Assembly: GCF_006345805.1 (NCBI RefSeq)
Contig: NC_043001.1
Location: forward strand, 77,748,001-77,812,000
Length of the DNA stretch: 64,000 nt
Source of the DNA: Octopus sinensis
Lineage: Eukaryota
Reading direction: 5' to 3'
Shown: piece by piece, positions 13,105 through 25,602 of the stretch
Layout of the letters: each line of letters begins with the position of its first letter
How positions within the stretch are numbered: the first letter of the stretch is position 1
Notes under the pieces: model-generated
Seen by the model: only the letters and a program-made list of their open reading frames with translations
What the model was told of the DNA's origin: nothing
Databases searched by the model: none
Made by a program: the position numbers and the translations under genes

Positions 13105-13479
13105 TGAAGATGGTGTCTTGTCATGGCTTAAGTCTATTGAGTGGAGTCAGTATCACATACAACTTCGTAGCAAGGCATGTATACAATTACATATATTCCA
13201 GAATCTGTGTGGCACGTACTGTGTAGAACCAGGGAGAGTAAAAGGTTTAGTTAACCATATCAAGAACTAAACTCGGAAACAAATGTAAATGAATGCAGAA
13301 AGAGAAATTTTCTTACACTAACAACTCGGGAATCTATTGAGCTACCAGCCTGTATTTTAAGGAACAGTGATACAATTGGAAAAGGCTAATAGATTAAATC
13401 ATTCAAGGGGTGGCCCCAGCATGGTCGCTGTCTGATATATGAAACAAGTAAAAGATAAAAGATTCACAACAATAACTGT

Positions 13480-13657
13480 TGGTGCTGCAGTTGGTACTAC
13501 TTCAACAGCAGTTTCTGTTGCTAATACTACTATAGCTACTGCTACGAGTATTAATACTGTTGCTAATACCATTACAGCTGCTACTGTCACTACTACTCCT
13601 CTTCTTCCTCCTCCTCCTTATCCTCCTCCTCCTCCTACTACTACTACTACTATACCA

Positions 13658-13715
<58 letters not shown>

Positions 13716-13719
13716 ACTA

Positions 13720-13751
<32 letters not shown>

Positions 13752-14642
13752 ACTACCACTGCTGCTGCTATTATTACTACTGGTGGTGGTGGTAATGCTG
13801 CAGTTGCTGTTAGTACTCTTACCAGCTTATCACATCTGTCAATGCTACTGTTACTACTACTACTATTACTACTACAACTATCAACCTACTAAAATAATCA
13901 GTACTATTATACTATACAACCACCATCATTGGTACTAAGCCTGCTACAAGTCTTAGATCTTCCGCCTCCTTCTCTTCCTACTACTACTACTACTAGTGCT
14001 ACTACCAATATACCGTTGCCACAACTGTGCTGCTGCTTTTTGCTCCTGCGCGTCCTCCTCCATTTACTTTTTACCCCCAAATTGCTGACCTTGTGCCAAG
14101 ATGTGAAACCAAAATTCCATTGCTGCTATTTTGACATTGTTGCCCGCCACCGCCGGCACTGCTGCACCTCCTCCTCCTCCTCCTAGCCGCCCCCTCCTCC
14201 TCCTCCTCCTATTATTACTACAAATGTACCATTCAATATTCCATTGGTAGCATTGTTGGCGCGCTGGGGCAAAATGCTTGGCGGCATATCACCCGTCTTT
14301 CCGATCTGAGTCAAAATACTGATCGTAAGGAGGTCGACCTAAATTAAGAACCAGTTGAGCACTGGGGCGATGTAACCCACATACCTTTCCTGCAAAAATT
14401 GCTGGCCTGGGTCAAAATGTGAAACAAATATTCCATTGCTCCTACTGTGACGGTTGATGCTGCCACCAGCGGCGCAGCTGCCGCAACTGCTGTTTTTGTT
14501 GTTGTTGTTGTTGTTGTTGCTGTTTTTGTTGTTGTTGTTGTTGCTGTTGTTGTTGTTCTTCTTCTTCTCTTCCTCCTCCTACCACTACCACCACCACCAC
14601 CACCACCATCACCACCACCACCACCACCACCACCACTACCAT

Positions 14643-14690
<48 letters not shown>

Positions 14691-14700
14691 CACTACTGTA
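13480..14700. repeat. Compound trinucleotide low-complexity region (CTA, CTC, CTG, GTT, CAC) with a decayed family A SINE at ~14270-14440
   Basis: Directly visible. Confidence 0.9.
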
Positions 14701-15234
14701 ATTTGCTCTCTATCGGTTATAGGATCTTGTTCGGGATATAGTTGTATTTATGACCAAATTACGACCAGTAATCTTGGGTCTTAATGCATTTTATGCTAAT
14801 TTTGATTGTCGTTTACGCTAGGTCGCTATCATCTAATATTCTAGATATCTTTTAACAAGACAAACAATAAAAAACAATGCTGTATGTATATAATATTCCG
14901 TCCTTGTTTTAGTTTCTGTCATAGTTAATCTTACTTCTACCCTATTAAATGCCATGCCTAAAGGTACACGGAATATTAGTATCATATTCTGTTTTGTAAA
15001 GTGCAATCTCATGCTTGAAATCCTCATTCCTTTATTCCTGATTATATTGCTTCGTAATTCTCTATGGTGTCTTGCACGCATTTCTTGTCTTCTACGTATC
15101 ATTTTATACCTGGTGATAGTGTGGAGGTTAGGGTGTTGCGCTCACGATTGCGATATCAACGGTTCGATTACCGGACTGGATTGTGCAATATCTCTCTCTC
15201 ACTTTTAATTTTTAAAATTCTTTACATGTCTCAA

Positions 15235-15447
15235 TCATTAGACTGCGACCATGCTGGGGCTCCGTTTTGAAAATGTTTAATCGAATGGCTCAACACTAGC
15301 ACATAATTACTTTGCAAAGCCTGTAATTTATTATATCGGTCTCTTTTGACGAAATGCTAAGCTACGGTACCTAAACACACTAACACCGGTTGTCAAGCGT
15401 TGGTGGAGAACAATTACAGACCCAAAGATACACAAGCATATATATAT

Positions 15448-15491
<44 letters not shown>

Positions 15492-15512
15492 GTATATATA
15501 TATATGTATATG

Positions 15513-15544
<32 letters not shown>

Positions 15545-15616
15545 ATAGATATATATATGTATATATATTTATATGTATATATATATATGTATATATATAT
15601 ATAGTATATATATTGG

Positions 15617-15667
<51 letters not shown>

Positions 15668-15668
15668 G

Positions 15669-15703
<35 letters not shown>

Positions 15704-15732
15704 GTATATATATGTATATATATATATATGTA

Positions 15733-15785
<53 letters not shown>

Positions 15786-15795
15786 GTATATATAT

Positions 15796-15828
<33 letters not shown>

Positions 15829-15869
15829 ATATATCTATATATATATATAATATATATATATATATAATG

Positions 15870-15902
<33 letters not shown>

Positions 15903-16320
15903 GTATATATATATGTATATATATATGTATATATATAATGTATATATATATGTATATATATATATATGTATATATATGTATATATATATATAATATATGT
16001 ATATATATTGTATATATATATATATATGTATATATATATGTATATATATATGTATATATATATGTATATATATATGTATATATATATATATGTATATATA
16101 TATGTATATATATGTATATATATATAATATATATATATATATATTATAATATATATATATATGCGTGTGTGTATGTGTGACAGGCTTCCTCCAGTCACCG
16201 TCTACCAAACCCTCTGCAAAACAGAAGACACTTGCCCAAGTTGCCACACAGTGGAACGGAACCCAGAACCATGAGGTTAAGGACCAAGCTTCTTACGATA
16301 CAAACACACCTGTGCCCATA
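15235..16320 (-). mobile_element. SINE family B (tRNA-like head, internal microsatellite), with the internal TA tract expanded to ~730 bp
   Basis: Head GGCACAGGTGTG...GGTTCTGGGTTCCGTTCCACTGTGTGGCAACTTGGGCAAGTGTCTTCT at 16220-16320 (reverse). Tail ...CGCTTGACAACCGGTGTT...CCAGCATGGTCGCAGTC at 15240-15420. Confidence 0.8.
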
Positions 16321-16406
16321 TATATATATATATATATTATATAGCAATTAAGGACAACTACTTAATAAGGAAAACTTAACAAGAAATTGTCAGGTATAAT
16401 GCCCTC

Positions 16407-16502
<96 letters not shown>

Positions 16503-16627
16503 ATATATATACACACACATATATATATATACATAAATTATATATATATATGTATATATTTATAGGTGAGAAAAAGTGTACGTTCTCAGCTATATGTATA
16601 TTTAGATATAAAATATGACCAAAAGCG

Positions 16628-16900
16628 CAATAGAGGACAATAAAGCATTTGGACAAATAGACGATACAAAGGCGGACAGGAAAAACAATAATTAGAGGTA
16701 CAGGGGAAAAAAGTACGGGTTATTCATGGCCTTCTTTCGTCAGTCAAGTTACCAGATATCCTTAGCCCGAAACTGTAAGGACATCTGGTAACTTGACTGT
16801 CGAAAGAAAGCCACGAATGATGTGATTTTTTCCTGTCCCTCTAATTGTTGTTTTTCCTGTCCACCTTTGTATGATCTATCTGTTTTAATGTCTTACATTG
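16628..16900. repeat. Fold-back inverted repeat with ~115-135-bp arms and an ~11-nt loop
   Basis: 16652-16764 is the reverse complement of 16776-16884 with scattered substitutions. The arm sequence recurs at 17710-17850. Confidence 0.9.
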
Positions 16901-16979
16901 CTTCTTTGTTCCATTTTTTAATATTTATATATACATATAGCAGCGTACGTACAATTTTACTCACCTTATAGTATTTATC

Positions 16980-17300
16980 CAAGTTTTGTTCGATTCTTTT
17001 TCTCTGTCTTTTAGTCCCCCTTATACTTTCTTCCTCTTTTATTTTACTCGCTCCCCGTCTATCACATTTTTTGCCCTCTCTTCTTTAACTCCCCCTTTTC
17101 GTCCGCGTTTATCACCCATGTACCTTTCACGTTATCTCTTTGACTTTTTTTATAATCCTTCAATCCTACTGCCTCTACCTCTCTCTCCTTCTTCGATGTG
17201 AGTGGTGTTTGGTCAGCCATAATCTTTCTTTCTTGGCCTGACTACCGACCGCCAACACCTCTTATGTCCATACCCTATATTCCTTCCTTAAGGCTTTCAC
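16980..17300 (+). mobile_element. Short PLE-like terminal-repeat-derived element (family shared with 46720-46900 and 48360-48800)
   Basis: GTGAGTGGTGTTTGGTCAGCC..TTTCTTTCTTGG..GACTAC..CTATATTCCTTCCT matches the reverse complement of 48520-48600. Confidence 0.55.
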
Positions 17301-17333
17301 ATTATATACAACAGCTCAATTTGGTTCGTCTTC

Positions 17334-17550
17334 AAGGCGGCGACCTGGCAGAAACCTTAGCACGCCAGGTAAAATATTTAGAGGTATTTCGTCTGTCTTC
17401 ACGTGCTGAGTTCAAATTCCGTTGAGGTCGACTTTGCCTTTCATCTTTTCAGGGTCAATAAATTAAGTAATAGTTGCGTTCTGGGGCCGATCTAATCGAC
17501 TGGTCTCCTCCCACCAAATTTCGGGCTTTGTGCATAAAGTAGAAAAGAAT
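17334..17550 (+). mobile_element. SINE family A
   Basis: AAGGCGGCGACCTGGCAGAAACCTTAGCACGCC...GAGTTCAAATTCC..GAGGTCGACTTTGCCTTTCATC...AGTAGAAAAG. Confidence 0.9.
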
Positions 17551-17862
17551 TTGATTCATCCTCAGTCGAAGACACCTGTTATTATATTCTTCTTGTTTGT
17601 GTTTGTAATTGTGTAACATGTTCTCCGTTTTTTGTCTTTATTGTCGTACATATTCTCTAGACTTTTTTGTTGGGGGGGGGGGTAACTAGTTCTAACAGTC
17701 TCAAGTGTAACTCCCCAAAACTGTAAAGACATCTGGTTACTTGACTGACGAAAGACCACGAATGACCCGCCCTTTTTTCCTGTGCCCCTAATTGTTGTTT
17801 TCCCATCCGTCTTTGTATCGTCTATCTGTCCGGATGTTTTATTGTTCTGTATTATGTTTTTG

Positions 17863-17909
<47 letters not shown>

Positions 17910-17951
17910 ATGAGAGAAAGAGAAAATGGAATTCACGAGAATCTTTATTAA

Positions 17952-17999
17952 TCACTACGATCGCTTCGACCCCATCGTGCATCGGTTTCTCTCAGGTGA
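17952..17999 (-). ncRNA. Decayed hammerhead motif
   Basis: Minus strand: TCAC / CTGAGAGA / ACC..GGT-C / GAAG-CGATCG-TA / GTGA. Stem I is intact and the core is mutated. The CGATCGTAGTG segment is shared with 44290-44300. Confidence 0.45.
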
Positions 18000-18914
18000 G
18001 ATTCTGTACAACTGGTTGTGCTGCATCATTCGGTGCAGATGTAAATCCCTTGGAGTCTTTCCAAGAAACACCTCGCTAATTAAACCCGGTTTCACTTATT
18101 TCGATCACAACACATTTCGTTATTTGCCTGTAGCTGGTAGCATACACGGGAAATCAGGTACATAATGATTTAGAATGAAGTACAGGTCTTGTTATATGCA
18201 ATGATCCTACTTACATGTTGTCTTTCTCTCATACGTTATATGCTCAAACGGACATGAACTATATCCAGTAGCACTTACATCATATTGTTGATAACATCAG
18301 ATAACCTAAAACTGTGAGCGTGCTATAAATGGCATACTACCAGGTGTATTCCCATATTTTACATTCTACGTATGTATGTATGTATGTATGCATGTATTTA
18401 TCTATCTATCTATCCATCTATCTATACATGTAATGCATAAATATATTTCTGTGGCTTTTGTGGGCTTTTCCATCGAAAATATTCTATGGCTGCAAATGTG
18501 CGTATACATTAACATAGAAAAGGAGGGTTTGGAGAAGAAACTCGTCTTTAGCAGAAATATTAGAAATTATCCCTCTTTATATTCTACTCTCAACATCTGT
18601 ACTACATTTGTACCATCACCGGTACTGTTAAATGTGGCAACAACAAAGAGAAGACCATCACAACCGCCATCAACACGGCTGTCACTGCCGCCGCCGCCAC
18701 CACAACTACCACCACCACTACCGCCACGAGAACCACTTGCACTACTACAACCTCGACCATCATCATTACTACTACTATAACTACAACTACGACCACCGCC
18801 ACTACCAGTACCACCACTATTATCGCTTCTACCGCTAACACCTCCAAAATCACTACTATTACACCACAACCATATTAGTCACTACTACACTTTTACTAAT
18901 ATTACCAGCACCTG

Positions 18915-19128
18915 AGACTTCGAGCTGGCAGAAATGTTACCACGCCGAGCAAAATGCTTAGCGCTATTTCGTCTGTCTTAACTTTCTGAGTTCAAATTCC
19001 GTCGAGGTCGACTTTGCCTGTCATCATTTCGGGACCGAATAATTAATTACCATTTGCGACTGGGGTCGATCTAATCGGCTTGACCCTCCCCAAAAATGTC
19101 GGGCTTTGTGCCTAGAGGAGAAAAGAAT
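18915..19128 (+). mobile_element. SINE family A
   Basis: Same body and tail as 17334-17550. Confidence 0.88.
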
Positions 19129-19308
19129 ATTACCACCACCTTTACGATCTATACCATCACCTCCACCTCCACCACTACCACTACGACGACGAGCACCATA
19201 AGCATCTTCACCTCCACCTCCAGCGTGTTTAGCCCATCTGGATTTGTTGGTTCGTGTGGAAGAACTGTTATTTTGTATAGAAAGGATCCGGTTTCATTTT
19301 GAAACTCT

Positions 19309-19374
19309 GGTTATATTTTCATTGCTTGGAGGCTATATTTTCATTGATTGGAGGTTATATTTTCATAGCTTGGA
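19309..19374. repeat. 3 x 22-bp minisatellite GGTTATATTTTCATTGCTTGGA
   Basis: Units at 19309, 19331 and 19353, differing by 1-2 substitutions. Confidence 0.92.
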
Positions 19375-19589
19375 ATAAATGAATTTGTGTAATATACACC
19401 ATTATAATATTTGAGGACGCGGTTTTTTTTCTCAGAGTAAGCACTCTTCAAATTCTTAAACTGACACTGGATGAGGAGCATTATTTTGAGAACAAAAAGT
19501 GATGGAGATGGTTGTTGTTGTGATGGTGTTAGTGGTTTTGCTGTTGGTTTTTTGTGACGGTAGTAGTTTTAGAGGCAATGTTATTATTA

Positions 19590-19970
19590 GTTTCCAGTTT
19601 TGGCACAGGACCAGCAATTTCGCAATCAACGGCTTTTTATTCCATCGACCCTGAGAGGATGAAAAGCAAAGTCGACCTCGACGGGATTCCAGCAGAGAAC
19701 GTGAAGATGGATGAAACGCTGCTAATCACTTTGATTGGCACGTTAACAATTCTTATTTCTTTATTGCCCACAAGGGGCTAAACATAGAGGGAACAAACAA
19801 GGACAGACAAACGGATTACGTCGATTATATCGACCCCAGTGCGTAACTGGTACTTATTTAATCGACCCCGAAAGGATGAAAGGCAAAGTCGACCTCGGTG
19901 GAATTTGAACTCAGAACTACCGCTAAGCATTTCGCCCGGCGTGCTAAAGTTTCTGCCAGCTCGCTCCCTT
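19590..19970 (-). mobile_element. SINE family A dimer (full copy plus head-truncated decayed copy)
   Basis: Two bodies; the head CCAGCTCGCTCCCTT ends at 19970. Confidence 0.85.
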
Positions 19971-19999
19971 CAGAGGAAATGGTTGTATTAATAGAGTAG

Positions 20000-20370
20000 T
20001 AAGACTGTGTGCAGGCAGAATTGTTAGCAATTCAGGCAAAATGCTTAGAGACATTTCGTCCGTCTTTTAGTTCTGAGCTCTAATTCCACCAAGGTCAACT
20101 TTACCTTTCATCCTTTCGGCGTCGATGAAATAAATCGCTGTTCATCACTTGGGAGGAGGTGTAATTGATTTACACCCTCTCCCAAAATTGATGGCCTCGG
20201 GTGAAAATTTGTAACCAATTTAAATACAATAGTAGTAATACTAGTAGTTATACTGGTATCAAATTTTGGCACCATGCCAGTACTTTCAGGGGAGGTGGTA
20301 AATCGATTACATCACCTCCCGTACTCAACAGCTACTTATTTTATTGACTCAGAAAGGATGAAAGGCAAAG
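20000..20370. mobile_element. Two family A SINEs tail-to-tail (20000-20220 plus; ~20255-20370 minus, partial)
   Basis: Family A body motifs in opposite orientations. Confidence 0.75.
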
Positions 20371-20390
20371 ATAGACAGACAGACATATAC

Positions 20391-20447
<57 letters not shown>

Positions 20448-20477
20448 ATATATTATAATATTATATATTATATATTA

Positions 20478-20528
<51 letters not shown>

Positions 20529-20553
20529 TAATATATATAATATATATATAGAG

Positions 20554-20587
<34 letters not shown>

Positions 20588-21169
20588 ATATTATATATAG
20601 ATAGAAAGATAGAGAGATAGAGAGATAGAGAGGGAGAGAGAGAGAAAAAGAGAGAGAGGGGGAGAGAGAAAGAGAGAGAGAAACACTGTTGTCTAAGTGT
20701 TGTAATCTTCGAAACGTCAGTGAAAGCTGGAGGGATGACGAGGCTGAATATGCCGACTCTTATGCAACTATAAACATCAAACAAGTAACATGAAGAAGGC
20801 AGACACTTTGATGGTTTTGATAAATATATTGCAGTATAGAAATTCGAGCTTTCACTTTGTGCGAGTTGTTCTCCCAAACAAATTAAAGTACATGCTTGCT
20901 TTCCTCGGGCTTCGTCTCTTAGTAAGAACGTTTTCTGGTTGTTATTTTATCATTTTTATTCCTTTCGGTCGCTAAAACTTTATTGGTGGAGGTGATGGTG
21001 CTGTTTTTTGGGGGTGGTGGTTTTGTTGGTGGTAGCAGAAGTGGAGGTGGTCGAAATAATAGCAAAGAAGTATTACTAGTAGTAGTAATAGTAGTAGTAG
21101 TAGGTGGTGATAGTAGTAGTAATAGTAGTAGTAGTATTTGTTTTGTATTTGTCCTTGTGGACGTCGCCT

Positions 21170-21790
21170 TCATCTTCCTGTTTCTTCTCCTTTTCTACTT
21201 CCATTTACTCGTTTCTTCCTATTCTTCATCACCATCTTTTTTCCTTCAGCGTCTCCTCTTTTTCCTGTCCATTCCTCTCCCACATGCTCTTCCTGCTGCT
21301 CCATCTCTTCCTCTTTCTCTTCCATTTTTTCCTTCTTGCCTTACTCCCCTTCCACATCTGCCTCCGCTTCTGCCTCATTCTCCGCTTCCTCCTTTACCTC
21401 CCCTTCTGAGTTCTCCTTCTCTTCTTCCTTCTCCTCCAAATCTACCTCCAAATCCTCTTTCTGCATTCACTTCTGCCCCCACTTCTGCCTCCCCTTCCTC
21501 CTGCGTCCACTTCTGCATCCAAGTCTGCCTCCCCTTCCACCTCCTCCCCCTCCTCCCCTCCCATCCTCCCCCACCTCCTCCTCAATCTTCTCCACCTTGT
21601 TCTACTCCACCTCTTCCTCTTTCTCATCCACCTCTCTCTCCTTCTCCCCACTTATTCCTCCTTCTTTCTCCCATTCTTCCTCCTCTTCCTCCTCTCACCC
21701 CCTTCACCTCAACTTCTACCTCCTCTTCCTCCTCCTCCCTGTTCTCCTTCCTCTCCTTCTATCTCCTCTTCTACCTCCTCATAACCATCT
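21170..21790. repeat. ~600-bp CT-rich polypyrimidine low-complexity tract
   Basis: Directly visible; source of the S/P/L-rich pseudo-ORFs. Confidence 0.93.
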
Positions 21791-22051
21791 TCAACACCGA
21801 ATCTACTAGACCTATCATTACTACGTTCATTAACTGTCTAAAACTGTTACTTACTTAAAATGCAACGCTTCCTTATGGAATTGATAAAGCACTCCATCAA
21901 TTCCCGAGCTGTGTATTATTTTTATTATTATCAATATCATTATTGTTGTTATTAATATTGTTATACATATTTTTATTAGTTTTTGCTGTCCTGCTAGTAG
22001 GAGCATCTGCAGCAACAGTGCTAGCAACAGTAGGCATAGTAGTAGCAGATA

Positions 22052-22082
<31 letters not shown>

Positions 22083-22122
22083 TATAACAGTAGTAGTAGT
22101 AGTAGTTGTTGTTGTAGTAGTT

Positions 22123-22153
<31 letters not shown>

Positions 22154-23814
22154 CAGCAGCTGTAGTAGTTGTAGTAGCACTTTTAGTAGTAGTGGTGGTG
22201 GCGTTATTGGAAGTATTAAATTTATCCTATTTATCGGTTTTATTAAATATTTTTTTTATAATATGATCATGTACGTTCTTCCATACATATACAAACGCAC
22301 AAAAATGACACGCAAACATAGAAATACTCCCCCACGCACATTTACAATCTCCCTCCACCGGTCCTACATCCACACAACCATCTTCCATACATACATACAC
22401 ACGAATATAAACATGTAGAGTTTAACATAAAATGTAGCGTAATTTAATAAAGCGCCAACATGGAAAAGAAAATATAAATGAAAATGATAAAAAATATTCC
22501 ATCCAATTTATTAACTTATTTCGTGTAGTTTTTGTTTTTTGTTGTTTAGCTTCTTCGTGTTTGAAAGCCAAATGCGATTAATCAAATAAATAAAAAATAA
22601 ATGCATAAAAATTTTCACGCCGAAACTCCCATAATTCAACAGTGTTTCCACAAATAATTCCCATAATTCAATAGCAGTATAAAAGAATAAAAATAAAGTC
22701 AAAGTTCCACTCGAGTTGTTTTTATTCCATCACTTTTGAAACGAAATTCAATGATGCAAAAATGCCGCCATTAATTTCTGGTCTTTTATAATTCTTTGTT
22801 CTTATATTTTTGTTGTTGTTTTTGCGTTTGTTATGTATTTTGTTATAAAAAAAAAGATAAGATTTTTGAAAAGCTAAACTATACACACATACTAACACAC
22901 ACACACGCACTCAAACACGCACACACATAGAAACACACACATTTGCACACTCGCAAAGAAAAATATAATGAATAAACAAAATGGTGGAACACATAGACAA
23001 TAAATAAATGAATAAGCAAAAGCAATGCCATACAGTAATATCTACAACAATAATAAGTCCAAAAAACCCCATCAGGAATGATATAAACAGAAAATTATAA
23101 CTGGTTATGGTTAACGAAAGCAATGAAACAAGAACACCAACAGGAATCATACAAAGAAAAAAAAGATGAAAACACAACAGAAGCCTTATAAAAACACAAA
23201 GATAATTAAAAAGAAAACAGTGTGAAGTGATATAATGGTAGAAAGTCATCAGTTGGAAGAAATAAGAAATAAATACAGAAATAAATAGCAGAAGTAATGA
23301 GAAGGTGGTGGGAGGAGGTGAGAGGAAGAAAGTATAAATACAATAAGTTATACAAGTAACACAAGAAAACAACATGAGAAATGATAGAACGGAGGAAGAG
23401 ATAAAGATTGACATTTAGAAATACGTAGAATACAATTAAGCGAAAGAGTAAGAGGATCGTCTAAAATATAAACACCACAACATTGCGAAGAAAAAAATAA
23501 GAAGAGAAAAAAAGAAACATTAAAAGCAAAAACAATAGAACTGGAACAGAAGTTTGAGAATATAAAGTATAAGCACTCAGGCAAAGAAGAGGCACCATAG
23601 AAAAAAGAAGATAAATGATAATGATACGTTGGTATAAATATAAATGTAAAAAATAAGCATCAAAGTAAATACTAGCAGGAATCGGACTCTAAAATAGGAA
23701 TATAAACCAACGCGTGCGCCCGCGCACACACATTCACATGCACACACAGACACATACACAAACACATATATGTATATGTATGCATATGTAATTATATATA
23801 TATATGTGTGTGTA

Positions 23815-23825
23815 TCTATCTATCA

Positions 23826-23901
<76 letters not shown>

Positions 23902-23942
23902 CTCTGTCTATCTGTCTGTCTGTCTATATGTGTGTGTGTCTG

Positions 23943-23987
<45 letters not shown>

Positions 23988-24020
23988 TTATCTACTTGTC
24001 TGCTTCTCTGTCTATCTATC
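23815..24020. repeat. (ATCT)n array (others at 29620-29720, 48195-48350, 56628-56710)
   Basis: Directly visible. Confidence 0.96.
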
Positions 24021-24144
24021 GCTCTACCTCTTTTTATATAATTTAAATAAGTATATTAATATATTTAACCCCCTCAACTCAGTGCGCATTCTCATAGCAG
24101 AAATAGCAGTAAGCTAATGTGTTTGATTACGTGATTCTTGGCTT

Positions 24145-24370
24145 ATTTGTCAATCATTAATGACGAGCTGGAAGAATCGTTATCGCGCTGGAAAATGTTC
24201 GTTTTGGCATTTCTTCCAACTTTACGTACTGAGTTCAACTTGCGCTGGATTCGACTTTACCTTTCACCATTTCGAGTTCGATATAATATGAATCAGCCCT
24301 TCATTGGGGTTGATGTAAATGTCTGATCTCCCTACCCCAAAATTGCTGGCCTTTTAACAGAATTTGAAAC
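24145..24370 (+). mobile_element. Decayed SINE family A
   Basis: GACGAGCTGGAAGAATCGTTA...CTGAGTTCAAC...CGACTTTACCTTTCACC...CCCCAAAATTGCTGGCC. Confidence 0.75.
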
Positions 24371-24485
24371 TAATATAACGTACCATTAGGTACTCATCTA
24401 AACGCTGTGTATATTGAATTCTAACACCTGACTATTAGCATCGCAATGCCTATGCGAAATCATAAATATATATCGTTGTACTCTG

Positions 24486-24860
24486 TCGATTACGACGTCG
24501 AGGGTTTTGGCTGATCCGATCAACGGAAGAGCCTGCACGTGAAATTAACGTGCAAGTGGCTGAGCACTCCACAGACACATGTGCCCTTAACGTAATTCTC
24601 GGGGAGATTCAGAGTGACACAGAGTGTGACAAGGCTGACCCCTTGGAAATACAGGTACAACAGAAAGAGGAACAAAGAGTGAGAGAAAGTTGTGGCGAAA
24701 GAGTATAGCAGAGTTCACCGCCAACCCTCTGCCGGAGCCTCATGGAGGTTTTGGTATTTTCACACAATAAGCACGTACAATGTCAGGTTTGAGGATCGAA
24801 ACCGCCATCCCACGACCGTGGGTCTGCTGCCCTAAACACTGGGCCATTTTCGCCTCCACA
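24486..24860 (-). mobile_element. tRNA-derived SINE: head of the 32132 family joined to the tail of the 56884 family
   Basis: Minus strand: A-box-like TGGCCCAGTGTTTAG and B-box-like GGTTTCGATCC. The middle CTCCGGCAGA..CTCTTTCGCCACAACTTTCTCTCACTC matches 32240-32310. The tail TGTATTTC.AAGGG.CAGCCTTGTCAC...CACGTTAATTTCACG matches 57025-57190. Confidence 0.82.
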
Positions 24861-24894
24861 CACACACACACACACACACACCACACACACACAC

Positions 24895-25070
24895 ACATAT
24901 ATACATATATACGACGGGCTTCTTTCAGTTTCCGTCTACCAAATCCACTCAAGGCTTTGGTCGGCACGTCACTATAGTAGAAGACACTTGCTGAAGGTGC
25001 CACGCAGTGGGACTGAACCCGGAACCATGTAGTTGGTAAGCAAGCTACTTACCACACAGCCACTCCTACG
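24895..25070 (-). mobile_element. SINE family B, 5' half
   Basis: Reverse complement of GGAGTGGCTGTGTGGTAAGTAGCTTGCTTACCAAC..CATGGTTCCGGGTTCAGTCCCACTGCGTGGCACC. Confidence 0.9.
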
Positions 25071-25096
25071 CTTATATATATATATATAATAAAGTT

Positions 25097-25602
25097 AATA
25101 ACATTAGTGGCTATTCAAAGCGTGAACCGTGCAGGCATGCTTAAAAATGTGATGGTACTGTAAGCGTACCAGCTTTCCAAGAGATAGAAGTGAAACGACT
25201 TAGGAAACCACAGGGATCTCACTTTATCGAACAAGGATGGTGAAAATCAGGCAAGGAATAAACATTAGGTTCAGACTTTGCGAAGATTGCAGAGGAAATA
25301 GCAGATTACTTAATACCGGTTTCGGGATTTGAATTAAATGTTCTTATCCCATCTGCAGTTAAGCTTACTGCGAGGAAAGCCAAATTTAAACATAACTCAC
25401 CTCACCATGCTTGCTTGTTCGTGTGATGGCCCGAAATAAATGAATAATTTATGATAAATATACAAGTAAATTATTAATAATAAAAAATAATATTAGTGGC
25501 GCTCCAAAGCGTGAACCGTACAGGCAAGTTAAAAAAATATGATGATATTAGAACAGTACCAGCTTCGCTAGAGACAAAAGTCAAAGGACTTCGGAAGCCA
25601 CA
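25097..25602 (-). mobile_element. Partial-tandem hammerhead element (unit ~390 bp); retrozyme or PLE pLTR-like
   Basis: Diverged ~115-bp direct repeats at 25097-25212 and 25486-25602 bracket a hammerhead. Confidence 0.7.
25309..25363 (-). ncRNA. Type I hammerhead motif with A6C core
   Basis: Minus strand: CTTAA / CTGCAGA-T / GGGAT-17nt-ATCCC / GAAA-CCGG-TA / TTAAG. Perfect 5-bp stems I and II. Confidence 0.72.

Noticed and set aside
19309-19374. CRISPR-like array
   Set aside because: The units are contiguous with no spacers and the context is eukaryotic; it is a simple minisatellite.
20685-20765. CTTCGAAACGTCAGTG and TGACGAGGC-TGAATAT-GCCGAC half-hammerheads
   Set aside because: Each lacks the other half of the core; suggestive of decay but not supportable.
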